Part shown: piece by piece, positions 29,589-35,046 of the stretch
Numbering within the stretch: the stretch's first letter is position 1
How the letters are laid out: the number at the start of each line of letters is the position of its first letter
Source: Dehalococcoidia bacterium
GTDB lineage: Bacteria > Chloroflexota > Dehalococcoidia > DSTF01 > JACRBR01
Direction of reading: 5' to 3'
DNA length: 35,046 bases
Assembly: GCA_041494685.1 (NCBI GenBank)
Contig: JBGQBE010000033.1
Span: forward strand, 1 to 35,046
Position numbers and translations under genes: made by a program
The notes under the pieces: model-generated
What the model saw: only the letters and a program-made list of their open reading frames with translations
Database searches by the model: none
Told to the model about the DNA's origin: nothing

Positions 29589-32570
29589 CTACGCTGCGGC
29601 CTGTGCCGTCGTGGAGACCTCGGCCGTAATGGAGACGGCGTTGTCGAAGCGGCTGACCGACACGTAGCCGCCGAAGGCGTCGATAGCGAACTCTGCCTCT
29701 TTCAGCGGCGCGCCGTCGAACGGCGTGCCGTCGGTCTCGGACATGATGCTGAGCATCAGAAAGCCATCGGACTGCTTGAGCGAGCCTGATGCCTTCGAGG
29801 CGCCGGAGGCGCGGAGCGACCCCAGCGACAAGGTGATGAGCGCCTGCACGGCAGCACGGAGCGCCGGAGGCAGGTCCACGCCGCCTTCGTCCAGTTCGAT
29901 CGCCAGGCTCACGTCCATGGTGCCTGCGTAGAAGCCCCGGAGCGCTTCGATCGCGCCCGCGAGGTCGTCCGCCTCGTCCTGAGCGGGCGCAACGAACACA
30001 ACGGCGGCTGGCTCTTCTTCCGGCTTCGGATTGAACGTGCGCACGACCGGCGGAGCCAGCGGATCAGAGTCCTCAGCTTCGTCGTCCGCCTCGGACTCGG
30101 CGTCAGCTTCGGCGGCCGAGTCCGCGGCGCCGTCGTCTTCGGCGAGCGTGAACGTCTGGACGCCGACCGGCGGCACGGGAGCATCGCCAGCTTCGTCATC
30201 AGCACCAGCCACAGACTCGAGGTCGTCGAGCGGCTCGTCATCTTCGAGGTTCAACGCGATGTCGGGCGAGTACTCCGCTATCGGCGGCGCGGGCACCTCC
30301 GCCGTGACCGTCACCCGCGCGTCGCTCCGGCTGATGGCGACGAAGCCGGCAAACGCTTCGACGGCGAGGGTACTAGCAGCGACGTCGGAGCGGTCGAAGC
30401 GGCCGCTCGCCTTCTCGGAGGTGATCCCCGTGATGCGCAGCACAAGGAAATCGCCGTCGCGCTGGAGGGAGATCTCGCACTCCTCCGCCCCGGCGCCCTG
30501 CAGGCCGCGGGCCGCTTCCATCGCAAGGCGATAGAGCACGAGCCGCATGGCCGGGTCGATGCTGGAGCGGCCGGCGGAGGCGCCGATCGAGTCGGTCGTG
30601 GAGTCGATGTCGAGCGTGAAGTCCATCTCGCCCGCGAAGTTCTTGCGCAGGGCGCGCAGGGCTCCCGGCAGGCCGAGCCGGACGAGGCCGGGGTGCAACT
30701 CTTGGCCGATCGCCCGCAGCTCGTGGTCGCGGATCGCTTCCAACTCGGCAAGCACGTGCCGGTGCAGGTTCTGCGCTGCTTCGGCATCGACGGCGACAAG
30801 CTTGTACGCCTCGTCCATCTGTGTCGCGGCGATCAGCAGGCGCGCCTGGACCGTCTCGCGCAGACGTTCGGACAGCCGGGCGTTCCGCTCTTCATACGCT
30901 TCGATCAGGGTCAGCGCGTCGATATCCGGCGGCGGGGGCGCCGGGTGCGCCAACCGTGCGACAGGCGGAGCCATCGGCTCCGCAGCGATCCTGGGCTCGG
31001 CTTCGAGCTCGGGCTCGGGTTCCAAGGCGTGCGCGGGCGCCTGCGCGGAAGCTTCGACCTCCGCCGCCGCGGGGGGCTCATCAACCTCGCTCGCATCGGC
31101 TGCGGGCTCGGCCGAGCGAAACCCGCCCACTGGTCGCAGGCCCAGCTTCAGCATCACAGCGCCCAGCGCGATCGCGAGCACCACGGCGGCGATGGTGACG
31201 AGGCTTTGCTTGCCCATCGCCTGGTTGCTCTCGGCCTGGATGATCGACCAAGGGAGGCACGACGCCACGTTCAGCCCGTGGTCGATCGGGGAATCCTTGC
31301 CGATCGGCGCGAGACCGCAGATTGAATCTGTACCGGCGATATCGGCACGGATGCCGCCGTTGTCGACGGTCGCGCCGCGCCACGGATGGCCGAGGAGGGC
31401 GGCGGGCACACCGGCGGCGAACTGGCCGTTGCTGTTGATGATCACGTTGGTGCTTCCGTCCACCGAGGCAGCCAGCGTGGGCTTCCAGACGCGTGCAGGG
31501 TCGGCGCGGCCGATGAGGATGCCCCAGGCGGACCCGCTCGGGTCGCGGAGCGGCGTGGCGAACTCGATGTAGCCGGGCTTGCCGAGCTCCGGCAGAATGA
31601 TGTCGGAGTTCGCCGGTGACAGATTCGAGCGTGTGGAAACGAAGGTGGGGCTGTTCTGGACGCTCGTCACGGCAGGATCGGTGGTCGCGAGCACGAGTCC
31701 AGACCAGTCGACGATCGCCAGGGAGGCGAGCCGGTTGGTGTTGAGGTACAGCAGCTGCGTCATCGCGTCAAGCCGCGCGGACTGGCGGGCGTTCTTGTCG
31801 TGGACGGTCGGGTCGTTCGCGTAGCGCAGCATCTCGATGTAGCCGTCGAAGGCATCGCCCGTGCCGAGGGTGGCACTGTGCTGCGCGAACGAGGCCGCCT
31901 CGTTGACGGCACGTCGGTCGGCGGCGCGCTCGCTGAACTGCCGCGCGCCGTAGTAGGTGATGCCGGCCAGCAGCACCGCCACGATGATGACGGCGTTGAT
32001 CGCGGCGATCAGCGGCGAGGACCACAGGCGCGCGACGAGGTCGGGCGCGGTCGACGTACCGGGACTCGCCGCGGGCGTAGGCGACGGATCGCCGCTGAAG
32101 ACGGGGCGCAAGCGTGCCCGCAGCGAACTGAGCGCCTGGGCGGCGCGAACGCTGATGCGTCGCATCGCCGCACCTGCTGGAAGCTTCAGAGACGGAGCAG
32201 GAGCCGCCAGCACGGCGTCCGGCGCTGCCGCAGACTCGGTAGCGGCTTCATGGTCCGCTGCCGCTTCGTCGCTACCGGACGCGGCGCGGCGGGGCCGAAG
32301 CGATCCGATGCGGGCGAAGAGACGAGCGCTGATGCTCCGCAAGGAGATCCATGCCCCGGCAAGAGCCCGTGCGGCCCCCGGCTCAGACGGCGCCGCAGGC
32401 ACGTCAGCCGGCTCGGCAGCTTCGAAAGGGCGCGGATTGCGACGCGGCAGCTTCAGGGCAACCTTGGGCAACCCGAAACGCTTGCGGGTTCGACCGTCGC
32501 CGTTCTGCGACTGCTCGGGTGCTGTCCTTGCTCCCATATCGCCGTGTCTATGGTCGGTGCTGGCACCCAT
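29589..32570 (-). CDS. Membrane sensor pseudo-histidine kinase: 2 TM, Cache-like sensor, degenerate HisKA_3, two degenerate HATPase-like domains
   Basis: TM helices flank a Cache-like region (LAIVDWSGLVLATTD, IEFATPLRDPSGSAWGILIG, IINSNGQ); 'ELRAIGQELHPGLVRLGLPGAL' and 'LVLYRLAMEA' resemble NarX-type kinases; catalytic boxes are missing. Start uncertain. Confidence 0.72.
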   Translation of the reverse strand: MGASTDHRHGDMGARTAPEQSQNGDGRTRKRFGLPKVALKLPRRNPRPFEAAEPADVPAAPSEPGAARALAGAWISLRSISARLFARIGSLRPRRAASGSDEAAADHEAATESAAAPDAVLAAPAPSLKLPAGAAMRRISVRAAQALSSLRARLRPVFSGDPSPTPAASPGTSTAPDLVARLWSSPLIAAINAVIIVAVLLAGITYYGARQFSERAADRRAVNEAASFAQHSATLGTGDAFDGYIEMLRYANDPTVHDKNARQSARLDAMTQLLYLNTNRLASLAIVDWSGLVLATTDPAVTSVQNSPTFVSTRSNLSPANSDIILPELGKPGYIEFATPLRDPSGSAWGILIGRADPARVWKPTLAASVDGSTNVIINSNGQFAAGVPAALLGHPWRGATVDNGGIRADIAGTDSICGLAPIGKDSPIDHGLNVASCLPWSIIQAESNQAMGKQSLVTIAAVVLAIALGAVMLKLGLRPVGGFRSAEPAADASEVDEPPAAAEVEASAQAPAHALEPEPELEAEPRIAAEPMAPPVARLAHPAPPPPDIDALTLIEAYEERNARLSERLRETVQARLLIAATQMDEAYKLVAVDAEAAQNLHRHVLAELEAIRDHELRAIGQELHPGLVRLGLPGALRALRKNFAGEMDFTLDIDSTTDSIGASAGRSSIDPAMRLVLYRLAMEAARGLQGAGAEECEISLQRDGDFLVLRITGITSEKASGRFDRSDVAASTLAVEAFAGFVAISRSDARVTVTAEVPAPPIAEYSPDIALNLEDDEPLDDLESVAGADDEAGDAPVPPVGVQTFTLAEDDGAADSAAEADAESEADDEAEDSDPLAPPVVRTFNPKPEEEPAAVVFVAPAQDEADDLAGAIEALRGFYAGTMDVSLAIELDEGGVDLPPALRAAVQALITLSLGSLRASGASKASGSLKQSDGFLMLSIMSETDGTPFDGAPLKEAEFAIDAFGGYVSVSRFDNAVSITAEVSTTAQAAA

Positions 32571-32685
32571 GCGGCGGCAGGGGCAGAACCCCTATTTTCA
32601 GGTTCACGAGACGGCCAGGTGCGTGCGCGTCCGCGTGGCGCGGGGCGCGGACCGGGATCTGGAGCGAACGACGGGGAACTTACAA

Positions 32686-33396
32686 CTATGCGGCGCGGCG
32701 GCCGCGGGGTGCGTCTCCAGGGTCGGCGTCGCCGGAGCCCATGGTCTCCTGCAGGTACAGCAGGACGGCCTTTACGCGAGGGTGGGCCGCATTGTCGCGG
32801 CTCAGGTTCAGCTGCCCGAAGATGGCGTTGATGTGGTTCTCGACGGACTTCTCCTCGAGCACGAGCGACCGGGCGATGGCGGCGTTGTTGTAGCCCTTGG
32901 CCATCAGCGACAGCACTTCAAGCTGACGCTTGGTGAGCGCGGACAGCCGCGTCTCGCGGCGGCCGAGGCTCTCGACGACCAGCGGATCCAGCACCACGAG
33001 GCCCATCGCGGCGCCGTCGATGGCGCGGACGAGCGTGGCGACGTCCGTGACGGACTGGCGCAACAGATACGACCAGCCCGCGGCACGGAAGGCCGGCAGT
33101 GCGGCGAGCGTGCGGCGGTCCGGGTGCTCGCCCAGGAAGACGATGCGCGTGCTGGAGCGCGATCCGGAGATCGCCTGCGCCACGGCGAGGGCATTCTGCT
33201 CGTTCTCGGCATCGAGCCCGACGAGAGCGACGTCGGGCTTCTCCGCGCCGGCGATGCGGATCGCCTCGGCGGCGTCGCCGGTCGCGCCGGCCACCGCGAG
33301 GCCCGGCTGGGCGGCCAGCACGGTGCCCAGCATGTCGCGCAAGAGGCTGTCAGCCTCCACGACCAGGATGTTGATGCGGTTTTGTGAATCAGTCAT
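32686..33396 (-). CDS. NarL/LuxR-family response regulator with atypical receiver domain
   Basis: REC-like N-terminus (ILVVEADSLLRDML, PDVALVGL) and LuxR HTH (LTKRQLEVLSLMAKGYNNAAIARSL...VENHINAIFGQL). Confidence 0.9.
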   Translation of the reverse strand: MTDSQNRINILVVEADSLLRDMLGTVLAAQPGLAVAGATGDAAEAIRIAGAEKPDVALVGLDAENEQNALAVAQAISGSRSSTRIVFLGEHPDRRTLAALPAFRAAGWSYLLRQSVTDVATLVRAIDGAAMGLVVLDPLVVESLGRRETRLSALTKRQLEVLSLMAKGYNNAAIARSLVLEEKSVENHINAIFGQLNLSRDNAAHPRVKAVLLYLQETMGSGDADPGDAPRGRRAA

Positions 33397-33621
33397 ACCT
33401 ACGCCTTCGATTGTCGGCCGGCGCGGCATGCCGGACATACGGGAGTCCGCTGATTCTGCACCAGGGGATGCGAGCTGTGATGTTGCGCGTGGAGCGACCG
33501 CGATCCGAGGGCGGCGTACGGCAAACGCCTAGGAGAACCATAGATCTTGAGGGTGCGCCGCAGATTCGCGCTGGGTGCGGACACCCGGCCAAGTCGGGTG
33601 AACGCACCGTGCGAGAGAACC

Positions 33622-33636
33622 CCTAGGGAAACGAAC
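33622..33636. promoter_or_regulatory. Candidate operator/promoter motif CCTAGG-N3-ACGAAC, copy 1
   Basis: The same spaced motif recurs at 34459-34473 upstream of the second archaellin; a related CCTAGGAGAACC is at 33528. Confidence 0.4.
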
Positions 33637-33737
33637 ACCTATCCGTAAGGAACACGCCGGAACAAAAGCGGGCAGACGGGCGGTCCGCAGAGGCGGGAGA
33701 CGCCGGGCGATGAAGCACCCGGCAAGGAGGAGCGGTC

Positions 33738-34319
33738 ATGAAGCGGATCAGGGAATTCATCCGGAGGGTGCGGGAAGAGCGTGGGATCACAGGCCTGGAG
33801 ACGGCTATCGTCCTGATCGCCTTCGTGGTGGTCGCGGCGGTCTTCGCCTTCGTCGTGCTTAGCACCGGTCTCTTCAGCGCCGAGCGGAGCAAGGAGACAG
33901 TGTACGCCGGTCTGGCGAAGACCCGAGGCTCGATGGAGCTGACAGGCGGCGTGATCGCCGACTCGAACACGACCAAGATCCTGAACGTCAAGTTCGACCT
34001 GACGCTGGCGGCCGGCGGCGACGCGGTCAACCTGAACCCGCTGGACCCGTCGAACCGGACGGTGATCTCGTACATCGACAACAACTACGTGAACAGGAAC
34101 ATCGACTACACCACAACGGTGGTCACGGGGAACGCGGACAGCCTGCTGGAGCAGGGTGAGATGATCGAAGTCACGGTGGACTTCACCGCAGACCCCAGCA
34201 TCGTTATCACGACGAACAAGAACTTCACGCTGGAAGTGAAGCCGCCGTCGGGCTCGTACATGGTGATCCAGCGGACGACGCCGGCCTCCATCGGGCAGAG
34301 CGTGCTCGACCTCAACTAA
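33738..34319 (+). CDS. arlB: Archaellin (archaeal-type flagellin, ArlB/FlaB)
   Basis: Class III signal peptide REERG|ITGLETAIVLIAFVVVAAVFAFVVLSTG; C-terminal DSLLEQGE, FTLEVKPPSGS and terminal 'VLDLN' typical of archaellins; SD AGGAGG. Confidence 0.9.
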   Translation: MKRIREFIRRVREERGITGLETAIVLIAFVVVAAVFAFVVLSTGLFSAERSKETVYAGLAKTRGSMELTGGVIADSNTTKILNVKFDLTLAAGGDAVNLNPLDPSNRTVISYIDNNYVNRNIDYTTTVVTGNADSLLEQGEMIEVTVDFTADPSIVITTNKNFTLEVKPPSGSYMVIQRTTPASIGQSVLDLN

Positions 34320-34378
34320 GGCTTCATCGCACGGAGGGGGCAGGGACGCCGCCTCCGACTCCCTACAAGCATGTTTTC

Positions 34379-34422
34379 AGGCACAGACACCCGCTCCGGA
34401 ACCGGAGCGGGTGTCTGTGCCT
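34379..34422. repeat. Perfect 21-bp inverted repeat between the archaellin genes
   Basis: AGGCACAGACACCCGCTCCGG-AA-CCGGAGCGGGTGTCTGTGCCT. Confidence 0.85.
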
Positions 34423-34458
34423 AGAAGGGATCGGGGGCGCTCACCGTGCTCGTAATCA

Positions 34459-34473
34459 CCTAGGCGCACGAAC
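34459..34473. promoter_or_regulatory. Candidate operator/promoter motif CCTAGG-N3-ACGAAC, copy 2
   Basis: Matches 33622-33636; sits inside a CACCTA-N13-TAGGTG dyad (34457-34481). Confidence 0.4.
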
Positions 34474-34728
34474 CTTAGGTGGTACACGGAGGTATCGGGA
34501 TTCCCCCGCATGGAGTCGCGCAGTTCTGGTCCCCGGGCGTGGTCGCTTTCGGGTGTCAGACGACCGGGAAACGGCGGAGTAGCGCGACCAGGCCTGAGAG
34601 CTACACGGACAGGCTTCACGCGCTTCATGCGAAGGAGGTGGCACGCAGGGCAACGTACCGTTCCGGAGGGAGGCCTCACCCTGAAACAGTGAGGCGGGGA
34701 GTATCCAACCGATTCTGGAGGAACAACG

Positions 34729-35046
34729 ATGAAGCGCATCATGCAATTCGTGCGCAAGGCGCGCGAGGAGCGCGGTATCACCGGCCTGGAGACGGCCATC
34801 GTCCTGATCGCCTTCGTGGTGGTCGCGGCGGTGTTCGCCTTCGTGGTCTTGAGCACTGGTCTCTTCAGCTCAGAGCGAGGCAAGGAGACCGTCTACGCGG
34901 GTCTGGCGAAGACCCGTGGCTCGATGGAGCTGACGGGCGGCGTCATCGCCAAGGGCAACACGACGAAGCTGAACACCGTCATGTTCGACCTGACGCTGGC
35001 CGCCGGCGGCGACCAGGTCAACCTGGACAACTCGAACGCGACCAAC
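34729..35046 (+). CDS. arlB: Second archaellin (ArlB/FlaB), truncated by the window end
   Basis: Manual translation MKRIMQFVRKAREERG|ITGLETAIVLIAFVVVAAVFAFVVLSTGLFSSERGKETVYAGLAKTRGSMELTGGVIAKGNTTKLNTVMFDLTLAAGGDQVNLDNSNATN; SD GGAGG. Confidence 0.9.
   Translation, partial: MKRIMQFVRKAREERGITGLETAIVLIAFVVVAAVFAFVVLSTGLFSSERGKETVYAGLAKTRGSMELTGGVIAKGNTTKLNTVMFDLTLAAGGDQVNLDNSNATN

Noticed and set aside
26588..29629. Very long antisense or alternate-frame ORFs (1013 aa here; also 11305-13593, 14409-16610, 1689-2972)
   Set aside because: Shadow ORFs expected in high-GC DNA opposite well-supported genes; Arg/Ala/Gly-rich with no motifs
33515..33615. GGCAAAC upstream of arlB1 (and GCAGGGCAAC at about 34645) suggesting a c-di-GMP-I riboswitch
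   Set aside because: The GNRA-capped P2 stem, GCAAAG junction and tetraloop receptor are not present; only generic hairpins (e.g. 33566-33614) are seen. An Infernal scan would settle it.
34330..34722. Multiple GGA motifs as a CsrA/Rsm-binding sRNA
   Set aside because: GGA is common in purine-rich GC DNA and most copies are not in clear hairpin loops; not enough support for a separate call

Overview
GC-rich bacterial chromosome segment, most consistent with Chloroflexota (Dehalococcoidia-like). Clues are the short 167-aa EF-Ts, no bamA after rseP, an LPxTG protein, Gram-positive-type GAAC-N4-GTTC SOS boxes and archaellin genes. From left to right it contains: a partial secreted DUF11-like protein; the conserved rpsB-tsf-pyrH-frr-uppS-cdsA-dxr-rseP-ispG cluster; a helical-repeat protein; an LPxTG surface protein; a SAM methyltransferase; glpK-glpD; and an Erm-like rRNA methyltransferase with an attenuator-like leader. 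A minus-strand block follows: hypothetical, J-domain protein, eno, PaaI thioesterase, metallopeptidase lipoprotein, xerD, pcm, uvrC, and an mrfB/mrfA-like pair behind a LexA-boxed promoter. The best novelty candidate is at the right end. A sensor kinase-like gene and a NarL-type regulator, both missing their phosphotransfer residues, are transcribed divergently from tandem archaeal-type flagellin (archaellin) genes whose upstream regions share a spaced motif (CCTAGG-N3-ACGAAC). This suggests a phosphorylation-independent regulatory pair for a bacterial archaellum. All family calls come from recognising motifs by eye; no database searches were run.
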